Origin: a virus
Lineage: Duplodnaviria; Heunggongvirae; Uroviricota; Caudoviricetes
Direction: 5' to 3' (one strand)
Length of the DNA stretch: 64,000 nt
Virus record (IMG/VR): IMGVR_UViG_3300033156_001279
Location: 13,069 to 77,068 of that record
In this document: positions 9,575 to 20,162 of the stretch, in pieces
Position numbering within the stretch: position 1 is the first letter of the stretch
How the letters are laid out: each line of letters begins with the position of its first letter
The notes under the pieces: model-generated
What the model was told of the DNA's origin: nothing
What the model saw: the letters and a program-made list of their open reading frames with translations, nothing else
The model's database searches: none
Program-made: the position numbers and the translations under genes

Positions 9575-12523
9575 TTATTCTGTTGCCTCCCCCAATTTAT
9601 TGCTCACATAATTAAAATTCATAGCAGTTAAGTGAGCAACATCTTCCAATGTATCATTTGCGTTGCCGCCAATTCTTTCAAGTTTTAGGATTAAGAGCAA
9701 ATCGGTATCTGAAATATCAGCAGCGGGAATTGTGAAACTTGTTTTAACCAAACCCTCTGCAGTTGAGCTTGAACCAGCTATTTCTTGTAATGTGTCATCT
9801 GCTGCTGCGTCTATTGCTTCATCTTCGCTTCTTAATAAATAACTCGTTTCCCAGACGCAGTTTGCGGAAGTTGAAGGACTTGCCCATCCTATGTCAACAA
9901 CAACATCTTCTGTTCTGTCAATATCAAGAGGCAGAGGCATCTCTAAAATAACAGTTTCAGTAGTTCCGTCGGAAAACTCCCACGCCCCCGCAATTCCTAA
10001 ATCAACCCAAGAAGCAGGATGAGTTGCTGGAGGTTTAATTGAGCCAATAGCTATCTCAATATTTTTTCTAACTTTCGCCGTTCCGTGAAGGGAGAGCTCG
10101 CCGTCTGCCGCTATTTGAAGATAATTTGTAGTTCCGCCATCGCCAAAATAATGGTTTCCGTCTTTATCTATTACATATCTGAGTATTCCCTGAACTGTTG
10201 TCCAGTTTGGAGAAGTGAGAAACTCGTGCGAGGTTGGGGCATTTCCATATCCTCCTCCCCACATGAAATGGACTTCGTCCATCAGAGCCGCTATGTTTAT
10301 AAGATTTATATCTTCCTCGCCAGCCACAGGATGCGGCACAGAAATCCCGCCAAGCTGAAGTCCAAACCCAGTATCATACATTCCCAGACGCAGTTGAGTA
10401 AGAGCGCCTGTTTGTCCTCCAAGAAGTTGTAAAGGAACATCACCTTGACTTCCAGCAGTGCCAAATGCCGCTGTGCCTGTTGTTTTCAGGTCAGTGTCAC
10501 CAAAATCAGCTAATCCCGGTGTGTTCCAACTTAAAATAATATCTGAACCATCATTGGCATATAACTCCCTTGATGACCAGTTAAGAGACAAAGCATCTGA
10601 ACCGTCTGTTAATAACAGGTTTTCCCAGTCAAGTCTCTGTAAGCCAGAGCTGTCTGCTAATTGTCTATTTCCCCAATCAACACTGAGATAGTCTGAATCA
10701 TCTTTAAGATAAAGACTTCCCCAGTCAACAACATGATAACCCGAATAACCATAAAGGTATTTCCACTGCCAGCTGACATTTATATCCCCTGATGTATCCT
10801 TTAACTGCCTATTGTTTAAATCAACTGAAATCCTATCGCTTGAATCAAGAAGCCCGCTGTCAAACCTTCCTGTGCCTGTGGTTATAAGGTTGCCTGACCC
10901 CATATTCAAAGAAGCATTGTTTGGGAAAGTAATTAAACCACTTTCTACCAGCAAATCTACCTGACCAAAACCAATTGCCAAACTCTCCGCTGTATTGTTT
11001 GTAAAACCTAATCCAAAGCCAAGGGCGTTATCTGCTGTAGCATTGACATCCTGACCCATTGCGATTGCCCCCAATCCCAAAGCTTTTAGAGTGTGTCCCG
11101 ATGAGACATAACCCAGAGCGATTGCCCCTTTATGACCTACTTCACTTCCAGCAACCAAATAAAAATCATCGTGGTCTTCGCTATATCCAGAAGCAAAAGC
11201 ACCCTGCCCTTCCGCAAGAACTTTACCACCAAAAGCAGTTGCGGACTGAGCTGTTGCTTTTGACTGCCAACCCCAAGCGGTTGCATATGGTGCTTCCGCA
11301 GATGAGGAAGCTCCCCAAGCTGCTGCGTAATTCGCTGTTGCTCTCCCTTGTCCCGCAGCAAAAGATCTATTTCCAGAAGCAGTTGAGTCTCCAAGTGCGG
11401 TTGAACTCGCCCCTCCTGCCGTGCTTGTCCCCGTTGCAAAGCTATTTTCTGCTGATGCTATCGCACCCGAACCTACAGCCATTGCATAATCCCCGCTTAC
11501 ATCTGATGTCCCAAATGACACACAGAGAGCTCCAGTTGCTATCGCATCTGGCATCTTGAAAACACTCCCAATTACCGTATTTCCTGTCACTATATCTCCT
11601 GTCACTGTATCTCCTGTTATCGCCCCGTCTTCTAACAAAATCTCATCCTTGTTAATAATAAATCTTGCCCCTACATTTAGGAACTTAAATGTATCACCAA
11701 CCGACAGACCTTCAACACTGTTAAGCTCTATAACATCATTATCTCCTGCGTCTATAGCACTCACAACGGTAAATCTATTTCCTGCTTCAGCTCCTGTCAG
11801 CATTTCTATTTCTCCTCTAAAACTATCAGGAATGACACTTGGTATTACATTTGTAGTCTGAAAGTAATTTTCAAATGGAAGTGCTAAAATCTCATAAGCA
11901 TCGCTATCTGTTAGAGGAGAGCTTATTTCTATTGTTGAGATGTCCCCAAATGTCCCTGTGCCTGTGGTGGTAAAATTGCCTGAACCTAAATCTATACTAT
12001 CGTTAGCAGTGTGGGGGGTTAGAGTGCTATCTGACCTGTCCCAGAGAACTTCTTGTTTTCCATTAAATGAATTCCAATCCGCAGATGATAAATAACCATC
12101 AGTAGTACTATTAGCTTTTTGAATCGAAGCAACATTTGAAGTCAAATCCAAAGGGGCTGTCCAAGAATCTACTCTCTTGGAATAAGCATCATTCCAATTT
12201 GAATCATTTATATTAGAACCAGAGATAATTCCAGAAGCAGATATTGCACCAACAACTTCCAAAGCAACATTCGGGGTTTCTGTTCCAATACCAACTCGAC
12301 CTAATGAGTCTACTATCAGGCTTTTTACAGGAGCGGAAGAATCCGCAGCAATTATCCTATGAAGCAAAGCATGGTCTGGAGCATTAAGTTTATCTGAAGC
12401 TTTGGGTTGAGATATAGCCATAGTAAAGATTAAATAAAAATGGGCATTTAAGAGCCCATTTCTGGATGGAAGAAGAGATTCCCTAAGAGAAACTTCCACC
12501 CAGTGGGTGATTCTTCCACCCAA
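9575..12523 (-). CDS. tail fiber / tailspike-like protein
   Basis: 982 aa, Gly/Thr/Ser-rich with beta-helix-like repeats and repeated SVDWGNRQL / SLNWSSREL units. A ~14-bp tandem DNA repeat at ~11570-11615 encodes TGDTVTGDIVTGNTV. Confidence 0.5.
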   Translation of the reverse strand: MGGRITHWVEVSLRESLLPSRNGLLNAHFYLIFTMAISQPKASDKLNAPDHALLHRIIAADSSAPVKSLIVDSLGRVGIGTETPNVALEVVGAISASGIISGSNINDSNWNDAYSKRVDSWTAPLDLTSNVASIQKANSTTDGYLSSADWNSFNGKQEVLWDRSDSTLTPHTANDSIDLGSGNFTTTGTGTFGDISTIEISSPLTDSDAYEILALPFENYFQTTNVIPSVIPDSFRGEIEMLTGAEAGNRFTVVSAIDAGDNDVIELNSVEGLSVGDTFKFLNVGARFIINKDEILLEDGAITGDTVTGDIVTGNTVIGSVFKMPDAIATGALCVSFGTSDVSGDYAMAVGSGAIASAENSFATGTSTAGGASSTALGDSTASGNRSFAAGQGRATANYAAAWGASSSAEAPYATAWGWQSKATAQSATAFGGKVLAEGQGAFASGYSEDHDDFYLVAGSEVGHKGAIALGYVSSGHTLKALGLGAIAMGQDVNATADNALGFGLGFTNNTAESLAIGFGQVDLLVESGLITFPNNASLNMGSGNLITTGTGRFDSGLLDSSDRISVDLNNRQLKDTSGDINVSWQWKYLYGYSGYHVVDWGSLYLKDDSDYLSVDWGNRQLADSSGLQRLDWENLLLTDGSDALSLNWSSRELYANDGSDIILSWNTPGLADFGDTDLKTTGTAAFGTAGSQGDVPLQLLGGQTGALTQLRLGMYDTGFGLQLGGISVPHPVAGEEDINLINIAALMDEVHFMWGGGYGNAPTSHEFLTSPNWTTVQGILRYVIDKDGNHYFGDGGTTNYLQIAADGELSLHGTAKVRKNIEIAIGSIKPPATHPASWVDLGIAGAWEFSDGTTETVILEMPLPLDIDRTEDVVVDIGWASPSTSANCVWETSYLLRSEDEAIDAAADDTLQEIAGSSSTAEGLVKTSFTIPAADISDTDLLLILKLERIGGNANDTLEDVAHLTAMNFNYVSNKLGEATE

Positions 12524-12575
12524 AAATAAGCTCTAAATGGAAATCTCTTTTTTTTCTTATATTAAATCTAGTTAT

Positions 12576-13508
12576 CTAGTGGGTCAACCTTTCTAATTTT
12601 TCTTCAAGCCATTTCACTTTCATAAAATTTCTCAAATCAAGTTTACTTAAATAACAATATTTTAAAAATTCATTAAGAATCGTTTCTCTAGATTCCAAAG
12701 CTCTTCTTTCATGTAATTTGCCTAATTCGTTATCCTTGAAGTAGCCACTCATAGGCACCATAAGTCCAGTATACCAATTCTTATCAAACCATTTTCCATG
12801 CACAACTGCTATCCTTTCTTCTGTTTCACTTAATAATACTCCATTCTTTTTTATTATTCTGGTATTAGGTTTGACCCCAAAGTGATGAATCTGGGAAAAA
12901 AGATAAGGAGGCATGCAAATCATTTTTTCAGTTTTCCTCATCTTAATCCCTAAAATATTTAGATATAAAAAATCATCAAAACTATCTACTCGCTTAGATT
13001 TATAAAGGGCACTAAACCAATCTAAATCTTGTGGACTCAAAAAAATAGGAGCAGTAGTATGAATTAAATAATGAGGATATTCCTCAACTCCCAAATCACA
13101 TTTATAAATCTCTTGATGTTTTTTAGTAAATGAAATGTGCATCCCATTACTTCCAACAATTATCAATCCTTTGGAAGCAGCTAAAAAAAATCTTGCTACA
13201 TCATTAACAAAGAACATATCGGCATCTAACAAGCATACAGCATCATACTCTTTTCCAATTTCATAAGCTATCCGAAATCTTTCAATAGCGGTTCCTTGGA
13301 CTTGATGATTTATCCTTGGTTTAAATATTCGAATATTAAAACTAAAAGTTTCCTGAGCTTTCTTTAAATAATCTTCAGGAATATCAAAAGAAACCAGAAG
13401 GAAATCTTCCTTATGGCTATGAACCTCCAAACTATTCAATAAAGCATTCAAACCAGCTAAATAACTTTTAGAAGCTCCTGTTAAAAATGCAAATTTACTC
13501 TTTTTCAT
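12576..13508 (-). CDS. nucleotide-diphospho-sugar glycosyltransferase-like (DxD)
   Basis: 310 aa with a DAD motif (AVCLLDADMFF). Paralogous to 15831-16757. Confidence 0.35.
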   Translation of the reverse strand: MKKSKFAFLTGASKSYLAGLNALLNSLEVHSHKEDFLLVSFDIPEDYLKKAQETFSFNIRIFKPRINHQVQGTAIERFRIAYEIGKEYDAVCLLDADMFFVNDVARFFLAASKGLIIVGSNGMHISFTKKHQEIYKCDLGVEEYPHYLIHTTAPIFLSPQDLDWFSALYKSKRVDSFDDFLYLNILGIKMRKTEKMICMPPYLFSQIHHFGVKPNTRIIKKNGVLLSETEERIAVVHGKWFDKNWYTGLMVPMSGYFKDNELGKLHERRALESRETILNEFLKYCYLSKLDLRNFMKVKWLEEKLERLTH

Positions 13509-14175
13509 AGAATTGCTTCTTCAAATAATCTTTATATTGAAAATCTTTTTTAGTTTTAGACTTCCATCTCAACCAATCTTCAAATTGTCTTTTATTCGAC
13601 TTCCATTTTAACCAATTCTCATATTGTCCTTTTTTCCGACTCCTGCTGTCGCCGATATGAATACAGACTCCATTTTTCTCATAATCAAGAACAGCTGTCT
13701 TAAAACCCTTAAAAGCGACAGAGAATCGACGTTCGCACTCCATACTCTGAAAATCTCCTGCATCTTTACGAAGTTTAAGTAGAGTGCTCCTTCTGATTAT
13801 ATGAGGATTATGGGTCCAATGTCCACCTGTGATGAAACCTCTCTTAATTTTCTCTAAATATCTTACATTAGTCTGACCATCACCCTTTTTTCTTAATCTC
13901 ACCATGCCAACTTCAGGATGATTATCTAAAATTTCTATAGCGTCCTGAACCCAATTTCCTTTTTCTAAAAATAACCAGTCATCCTCGCACTCTAAAACAT
14001 ACTCCCCTTTTATTTTATTTAATAAGAAGGCTCTGCCTTCCCCAATAGTTTTATCATGATTGTAAATTATCATTTCCCAATAGGGATAGGTTAGAGTTTC
14101 AAGCAAGGAGGAAATAGTGGTTTCAAGAAGTTCATATCGATTAGAGGATAGAATTAAAATAGTTAAAAGTTTCAT
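13495..14175 (-). CDS. glycosyltransferase family 2-like
   Basis: N-terminus LTILILSSNRYELLETTISSLLETL resembles the GT2 opening (I..ivPtyN......l.Sl..Q). Confidence 0.4.
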   Translation of the reverse strand: MKLLTILILSSNRYELLETTISSLLETLTYPYWEMIIYNHDKTIGEGRAFLLNKIKGEYVLECEDDWLFLEKGNWVQDAIEILDNHPEVGMVRLRKKGDGQTNVRYLEKIKRGFITGGHWTHNPHIIRRSTLLKLRKDAGDFQSMECERRFSVAFKGFKTAVLDYEKNGVCIHIGDSRSRKKGQYENWLKWKSNKRQFEDWLRWKSKTKKDFQYKDYLKKQFYEKE

Positions 14176-14939
14176 TTTAAATTTTTTAAGAATTCTTTCA
14201 CTTGTCCTTTCTTAAAATTATTGATATCTATTTTTGGAATACTCTTTCTAGTATAAGTTTTTAAAGGATGTAGCTTTTCAAGATATAACAATCTTTCGGG
14301 CATCACAGATAAAGCTACCACAAATGGCCCTGAAGCAACTGTGATAGCAGCAAAACTATGTTGGATTAAACCAATTAAACTGGAAATCTTAGCTTGACAA
14401 CCCCTGACTGAATTATCAATAAAGTCATATTTTTTATTTTTAGGATTGTGCCAACAATGTTCAAAATGAACTTCAATCGGAATCTTTCCAAATTCCTTGA
14501 TTTCTTGCCATATTTGTTTTGCAATTTCTTCAGGACAATTTACTGAATTTGGCAAAGCTGTTCCCATGAAATGACAAGCTACAAAAGGACTTTCGAATTT
14601 TGGTAAATCTATAACTTCTAGATTTGGAGGTTCAATTCCCATTTCTTCTCTACAACACTTTTCTAATTTTGTTTCTTCCGAACCTTCAGCCATGGGAAAA
14701 TTCAAACTAAATATCAAATCATAATCCTGAGAATCTTTATTTTTTTCATCACCCCATATTTCTTCTTGCCCACTTTCAACATACAGATGAAAATCAATTT
14801 TTGGATAATCTTTTTTCAGTTTCTCATAAGCACCCAACCACATTAAAAGGTCTCCAAATCCATGGCCCCAGCGAATTAACACTTTTTGGCCATCTTTTAA
14901 ATAATCGGTTAATTTTCGAGTTTTAAAATCATCAATCAT
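14172..14939 (-). CDS. GT9 (heptosyltransferase)-like protein, short
   Basis: ...LIRWGHGFGDLLMWLGAYEKLKKDYPKIDFHLYV resembles the GT9 N-terminal signature (GD.l...p....lk..yP). Confidence 0.3.
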   Translation of the reverse strand: MIDDFKTRKLTDYLKDGQKVLIRWGHGFGDLLMWLGAYEKLKKDYPKIDFHLYVESGQEEIWGDEKNKDSQDYDLIFSLNFPMAEGSEETKLEKCCREEMGIEPPNLEVIDLPKFESPFVACHFMGTALPNSVNCPEEIAKQIWQEIKEFGKIPIEVHFEHCWHNPKNKKYDFIDNSVRGCQAKISSLIGLIQHSFAAITVASGPFVVALSVMPERLLYLEKLHPLKTYTRKSIPKIDINNFKKGQVKEFLKNLK

Positions 14940-15879
14940 TTTTTTCTTTTTCTTTCTCTTTTAAGATTTCCTCACGACTTGCTATGATATAGGGAACTGA
15001 TTTATATCCCAATTCTTTTGCTGCCAAAAATCTATGTCCTCCTTCTATCCCTCTAAATTTAAATTTTCCCCTTTCGCAAGATTGACAAATTAAGGGTTGT
15101 CTAATTCCCAATTTTTGAATTTTCTTTTTTAATCTATCAACTTTTGTTCTCAATATGTCATCCCATTCATTTCGAAGTTTTCCTCCTTTAGGAGCTGGAA
15201 TCCTATCCAAATTTATAAAATGAACCTCTTTACCTCTAAAACATTGTCGAGTATCTCTCTTATCTCGGGAACAACGAAAGAAAGAATAAGCTTCTTTTGG
15301 ACCTCTTTTATTCCCGCTCTTGCCTAAGTACTTATAATCATGAAAAGAAGTATTATCTCTTACTTCTTCAAATTGTTTTTTTACATCATGAAATGAATTA
15401 GTTTCGAAATACAAAACTTCCCGGGTATGCCTATCTATCCAATCTATCATTTCCTTTCCATTCTTTAGATGTGATAAGACAGCACAAAAAAAGACCACAT
15501 CAAACTTTGGACAGAAATTCTTGAATTCTTTGCTTTCTATATCCGTCTGCCAAAACTCAACATCTAATCCCTCTTCTTTTGCCAAGGCTTCTGCAGCTTG
15601 GACAGAATCAAGAATATCAACTCCCAAAACCTTACTCGCACCTCTGCGTTTTGCTTCTAAGGCTATTAAACCATTATTGCAACCCAAATCCAAAACAGAT
15701 TTTCCTTTTATATCATTCCACTTTATTAAATCAAAACGTGTTCTATCTCTGCCACGTGGATTAAAAAGAAACTGATTTCCTTTCCAAACTTGCTCATGAC
15801 TGCTAAATTTTTTGAATTCAGGATTCATAATTAAAAGATTAATTTTAAATTCTGGGGAAAATCCCAATCTTCTTTCCAA
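14932..15879 (-). CDS. class I SAM-dependent methyltransferase fused to a ParB/Srx-like C-terminal domain
   Basis: SAM motif I VLDLGCNNGLIALEA. C-terminal GIEGGHRFLAAKELGYKSVPYI matches the ParB N-terminal GxxRxxA motif. Confidence 0.5.
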   Translation of the reverse strand: MERRLGFSPEFKINLLIMNPEFKKFSSHEQVWKGNQFLFNPRGRDRTRFDLIKWNDIKGKSVLDLGCNNGLIALEAKRRGASKVLGVDILDSVQAAEALAKEEGLDVEFWQTDIESKEFKNFCPKFDVVFFCAVLSHLKNGKEMIDWIDRHTREVLYFETNSFHDVKKQFEEVRDNTSFHDYKYLGKSGNKRGPKEAYSFFRCSRDKRDTRQCFRGKEVHFINLDRIPAPKGGKLRNEWDDILRTKVDRLKKKIQKLGIRQPLICQSCERGKFKFRGIEGGHRFLAAKELGYKSVPYIIASREEILKEKEKEKND

Positions 15880-16757
15880 TCTATCTTATGATAAAGTTCA
15901 GTATTAAAATATTTCGTGAATTCCCAAAATAACTTAACATTATTGAAAGCAATCTCTTGATTTTCCCTCTCCTTAACACCATTAATATATTTTTCACAGA
16001 TACTTTTTATCCACCATCTTCTATGAAAGGAAAAGATTCGGTCACCTCCTCTATGCTCTCCCAAATACCACTTATTATTTATATTTCTTCTAGCTAACTT
16101 TACATGATAGTAATGAGATTGAACCCAACGAGAATTCGAAAGAACAAAAATATCTTTCATCATATTAAGATTAATTAAAGCATTATTCAAAGAACACATA
16201 TCTGAACCAGGCTCTTCAAGCATTCTTGAAGGAATCTTATTAAATATCTTAGGTTTGAAAAACAATGGCATGCAGTGTAAAGGAGGCGAAGCCGCTCCAT
16301 GATAAGGATAATCAGGATGCCAATCATATTCCTGATTTGAATAATCATTATTTGGCATCAGAATTTTTTCAGTTTCATCCGCAATTTCAAAATAAGGCAT
16401 TATATTATTCACAATTTGCATATCAGCATCGAAGATGGCTACCGCATCATAATCCTGAAGCTCATTAATAGCATAAAAGTAGCGATAAAATTTGTAATAC
16501 CAAGCTGATTCCTTTTTTCTTGGATGTTTTGGATAATTATCTTTTTCTTTTAGCTTTTCAAGTTCAATTTTTTTTAAATTCGGAAAAACATCTCCTAAAG
16601 TATTCAAATATTCGATTACTTTCTTGCTTCCATAAAGCAAGTGAAACTCAACATTAATATTATAATATCTAGTAGCATTGAGTAAGCCATTAACCCCAGG
16701 AATGTGTCCGCTAGAAGTGACTATCAAAGCATATTTTTTATTTTCTGAATTCTTCAT
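15831..16757 (-). CDS. glycosyltransferase-like (DxD), paralog of 12576-13508
   Basis: AVAIFDADMQIV DxD motif. Similar N-terminal region to 12576-13508 (..L.TSSGHIPGVNGLLNA / FLTGASKSYLAGLNALLNS). Confidence 0.35.
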   Translation of the reverse strand: MKNSENKKYALIVTSSGHIPGVNGLLNATRYYNINVEFHLLYGSKKVIEYLNTLGDVFPNLKKIELEKLKEKDNYPKHPRKKESAWYYKFYRYFYAINELQDYDAVAIFDADMQIVNNIMPYFEIADETEKILMPNNDYSNQEYDWHPDYPYHGAASPPLHCMPLFFKPKIFNKIPSRMLEEPGSDMCSLNNALINLNMMKDIFVLSNSRWVQSHYYHVKLARRNINNKWYLGEHRGGDRIFSFHRRWWIKSICEKYINGVKERENQEIAFNNVKLFWEFTKYFNTELYHKIDWKEDWDFPQNLKLIF

Positions 16758-17550
16758 TGGATTTCAACATTTGTTTAATTAATTTTGGATCATATCCTGC
16801 CTTTTCTGAAAATCGAATCAAAGCACTAACATCTTTGGGAAAGCACTTTCCACCAAATCCAGGTTTATCCTCAAAAACCGCAGTGTGTAATTTTTCAACT
16901 CTCGGATCTAAAGCCCATAATTCTCTTACTTCCCCAAAGTTTAAATCCAAAGAATCACATATTTTTTTCATCTCATTTGCCCAGGTGACTTTCATAGAAC
17001 CCCAACAGTTCGTCATGTATTTTGTCATCTCTGCAACTTTTGAACAAACAAACCTATATTCCTTAGATGGCCCCAAAATCGGAAGAATCAAATCGTATAT
17101 ATATTTAGTATCTTTTTTCTTCCCGCCTAAAATTAAAAAAGGAGTTTCAAGAGGATCATAATGAAATTTGAACGGACTCCAGTATTTATTTTCACCAATA
17201 AATTCTGGACTAAAGACTATGTGTTTTTTATATTTATCACTCAAATATTTGGTGGTTCCAGGTGGAATTGTTGACTTAATTAAAATTGGAGTTTCAATCC
17301 AGCTTACCACCTCTTCTACTATTGAAGTATCACATTCACCATCTTCTTTCATGGGAGTCGGAACACAGATAACAGCCAAAATAGAGTTATTAACCTCTTT
17401 TCGGCTTCCAATCTTTTTAGGTTCATCATATTCAAAAACCTCATATTGATTGTTATAAGACCATAATTTCTTTTGAGCAGAACCAACATATCCCTCACTT
17501 CCTATAATCGCTATTTGTTTTAAGTTTCCAGCCATAACCTTTGCCACCAT
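16738..17550 (-). CDS. UDP-glucose/GDP-mannose dehydrogenase-family protein (short)
   Basis: Rossmann IAIIGSEGYVGS, ICVPTP motif, and catalytic-Cys motif GGKCFPKDVSAL. At 270 aa it is shorter than typical family members. Confidence 0.5.
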   Translation of the reverse strand: MVAKVMAGNLKQIAIIGSEGYVGSAQKKLWSYNNQYEVFEYDEPKKIGSRKEVNNSILAVICVPTPMKEDGECDTSIVEEVVSWIETPILIKSTIPPGTTKYLSDKYKKHIVFSPEFIGENKYWSPFKFHYDPLETPFLILGGKKKDTKYIYDLILPILGPSKEYRFVCSKVAEMTKYMTNCWGSMKVTWANEMKKICDSLDLNFGEVRELWALDPRVEKLHTAVFEDKPGFGGKCFPKDVSALIRFSEKAGYDPKLIKQMLKSNEEFRK

Positions 17551-18461
17551 TTAAATGCCTGAATCAAATTTTCAAATACTGTATTTTTCAAAAAATCAAA
17601 ATTAAATTGCAAAAGCATCTCCTTATAAGTTCCAATCCTAACTTTCTCAAATCCTTTATCAACAAATTTATAAAATTCATCAGAATGTTTATTCATCGCT
17701 ATCTCCTCTTGAGCATCTTCTCTCGCATTTATTTTAGTATCATGATAAATAATCGGCAAACCGTAAGAAATGCTTTCCTTTCGTTTTTCTAAAAATTTTT
17801 GCATTATATATCCTCCCCAAATGTCATCATGTCTTGAAAAATAATAGTCTCTATATTTAAAATTCGGTAAGAAAAATAAAGCAGGAATTAGTTCCTTTCG
17901 ACAGATAAAATTCATTCCAGAAAAAGGTATCTTACCTACTGCAATTTTATTATCATCTATCAAAGTATTCTTAGGTGGATTATAAGAAATTCTATCTTGC
18001 CCATTAATATCCAACTCATTCTCCCACAAACCCATATTTATCATAACTTTTCGTTTCCTTTGAGAGTATGGGAAACCTCTTGGATACCAACCTATCTTAT
18101 ATAAAGGATTTTCCCAACCATAACCCTCTTTGTCTAATGCTTCTGAATGTTGTTCAACAAAATTCTCCAAACAAATGCAATCAGAATCTAAGCTTATAAT
18201 TCTGTCATAATTTTTCTTGTAAGCTAGCCAATGACCAAAATTCTTACAAGAAGAACTATGATGAAATTGCTTGAAACCTTCATAAAATCTACCCAATTCC
18301 TGCTTTTGTCGCTTATAATCATAAACCTCAATATTTTTTCTCTTAATATTAATTTTTCCATTACTATCATCTACTATAATAATTGGAACATCAGGTAAAT
18401 TCCTAATCCATTTTTTCGATGGCTGTTTATGAACTGCGCTTACAACTACAAATTTAGTCAT
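17520..18461 (-). CDS. hypothetical protein in glycan island (possible glycosyltransferase)
   Basis: 313-aa ORF. Called on context only. Confidence 0.2.
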   Translation of the reverse strand: MTKFVVVSAVHKQPSKKWIRNLPDVPIIIVDDSNGKINIKRKNIEVYDYKRQKQELGRFYEGFKQFHHSSSCKNFGHWLAYKKNYDRIISLDSDCICLENFVEQHSEALDKEGYGWENPLYKIGWYPRGFPYSQRKRKVMINMGLWENELDINGQDRISYNPPKNTLIDDNKIAVGKIPFSGMNFICRKELIPALFFLPNFKYRDYYFSRHDDIWGGYIMQKFLEKRKESISYGLPIIYHDTKINAREDAQEEIAMNKHSDEFYKFVDKGFEKVRIGTYKEMLLQFNFDFLKNTVFENLIQAFKWWQRLWLET

Positions 18462-18478
18462 AACTCTTTAAATCTCAA

Positions 18479-19531
18479 TTATAAATCCAACCATTTTTGA
18501 TTCTCAGGTCTTATCATCCATTCCACACATTTTCTTAATGACTCTTCTAAATTTAATTTTGGTATCCAGCCTAATTTTTTTAACTTCTCACCTGATAATG
18601 CATATCTAAAATCATGACCGGGTCTTAAAACATGATAATCTTTAAATTCTATCTCATTTTCCTTTAATTTTCTGCCCTGTATAATTTGGGAAATCTTATT
18701 GGCCATCCAAAGAGCATCTTTTTCCTCTCCAACTATGTTATAACTTTCTTCCCTTTTTCCATTAAATAACAAGAAGAAGAGACCATCATAGATATTTTTA
18801 GTGAATAACCAATGTCTTTGAGAGATTTGATTGGGTTTGCCATGAATTATAACTTTTTCCTTTCTTAAAATTTTCCTTACAACCATTGGAACAAACTTCT
18901 CAGGATGCTGTCTTTCTCCAAATATATTCATTGAATGAACCATACAAATCGGAATCTTAAACGAATGAGCGAAAGCATATTCCATAGACCATTGTCCCGC
19001 CTTTGCTGCCGAATACGGATTTGACGGATAAAACTTATCGGTTTCCGGATGATATTCTCCTTTCTCAGCTGGTCCATAAACTTCATCAGTGTTAAAACCA
19101 ATATATTTTTTGATATTAGGTCTTGAATTTTTTATCCATTCTAATAAATTAGTGGTTCCAACCACATTACTTTGAGCAAAAGGTAAAGCGTTTTTGAGAC
19201 TTCTTTGCACATCACTTTCAGCCGCTAAATGGATAATATAATCTACTTCGCCAATCAACTTATCAATAATTGAAGAAATAGGGCTTCTTAAGTCATGATA
19301 AACAAATTTAACTCTATCCTTTTCGAGTTTCCAGTTATCAATTTCGGTTATTCTATTTAAATTCCCAGCATAGGAAAGCCTATCTAAAATCTTAATATCC
19401 CAATTGGTTTCTTTTAAGAATCCTGAAACAATGTGCGAACCCACAAAACCAGTGCCTCCAGTTATAAGCACTTTTTTTCGATTATTTTTAAGATTTTCTA
19501 ACTCTTCTTCCATAATAATATTGTTTATCAC
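18479..19531 (-). CDS. NDP-sugar 4,6-dehydratase / epimerase (extended SDR)
   Basis: Rossmann VLITGGTGFVGSHIV, NTDEVYGP, and YxxxK as NPYSAAKAG. Pattern resembles RmlB-type dehydratases. Confidence 0.55.
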   Translation of the reverse strand: MINNIIMEEELENLKNNRKKVLITGGTGFVGSHIVSGFLKETNWDIKILDRLSYAGNLNRITEIDNWKLEKDRVKFVYHDLRSPISSIIDKLIGEVDYIIHLAAESDVQRSLKNALPFAQSNVVGTTNLLEWIKNSRPNIKKYIGFNTDEVYGPAEKGEYHPETDKFYPSNPYSAAKAGQWSMEYAFAHSFKIPICMVHSMNIFGERQHPEKFVPMVVRKILRKEKVIIHGKPNQISQRHWLFTKNIYDGLFFLLFNGKREESYNIVGEEKDALWMANKISQIIQGRKLKENEIEFKDYHVLRPGHDFRYALSGEKLKKLGWIPKLNLEESLRKCVEWMIRPENQKWLDL

Positions 19532-20162
19532 TGTTCGCTATGTTTTTCCAACCTGTTATTTTCTTTAAAGTCTTACTTTCAAAATGATGCACATAACTAT
19601 CTAAAACTTCTTTAGGAGAATATCCAGAACAAGTAAGACGCTTAATATAGTCTATATCCCCTCGAGCTAGTTTAAATTTCTCATCAAAATAACCAATAAT
19701 CCTAAATGCTTTTCTTTTAATAGCAAAACAAAATAGAGGAATTCCTTTGTGTTCTCGTTCAGTATTTTTTGGAAAATTCTTAGGAAGCTTCTTTCTAGTA
19801 AAACTTGGGTAAACTAATAACGAATTAGATTTTTTAAGTTCTTTAATTAAATTATCAATGGCTAGAGGTGCAAAAATAATATCATTATTTATAACTACTA
19901 TTAGTTCTGAATCAGAAGCTTTAAGTCCTTGGTTTATTGAAGTATAAACCCAATGATTCACCTTATTTTTTATTTGTAACAGCTCAATTTCATTGGAGTA
20001 ACAGAAATTATAGACCCATTCCAGTGTTTGATCAACAGAAGCATTATCTACTTGTATCAAACGAAATTCTAATTTAGTATTGGTTTTTAGACTTCTAAGA
20101 CATTGTTTTGTAAAATCAATCTCATCTTTCGTTAAAATAACTATATCTATCTTCTCAATCAT
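19488..20162 (-). CDS. glycosyltransferase family 2
   Basis: IVILTKDEIDFTKQCLRSLKTN...VDNASVDQT, the GT2 N-terminal signature. Confidence 0.5.
   Translation of the reverse strand: MIEKIDIVILTKDEIDFTKQCLRSLKTNTKLEFRLIQVDNASVDQTLEWVYNFCYSNEIELLQIKNKVNHWVYTSINQGLKASDSELIVVINNDIIFAPLAIDNLIKELKKSNSLLVYPSFTRKKLPKNFPKNTEREHKGIPLFCFAIKRKAFRIIGYFDEKFKLARGDIDYIKRLTCSGYSPKEVLDSYVHHFESKTLKKITGWKNIANSDKQYYYGRRVRKS

Noticed and set aside
11059-11559. 166-aa plus-strand ORF and other antisense ORFs (9763-9951, 10085-10432, 10458-10691, 11556-11861) inside the 982-aa fiber gene
   Set aside because: Antisense to a long, clearly coding minus-strand ORF. P/L/Q-rich compositions are typical of spurious reverse-strand frames.
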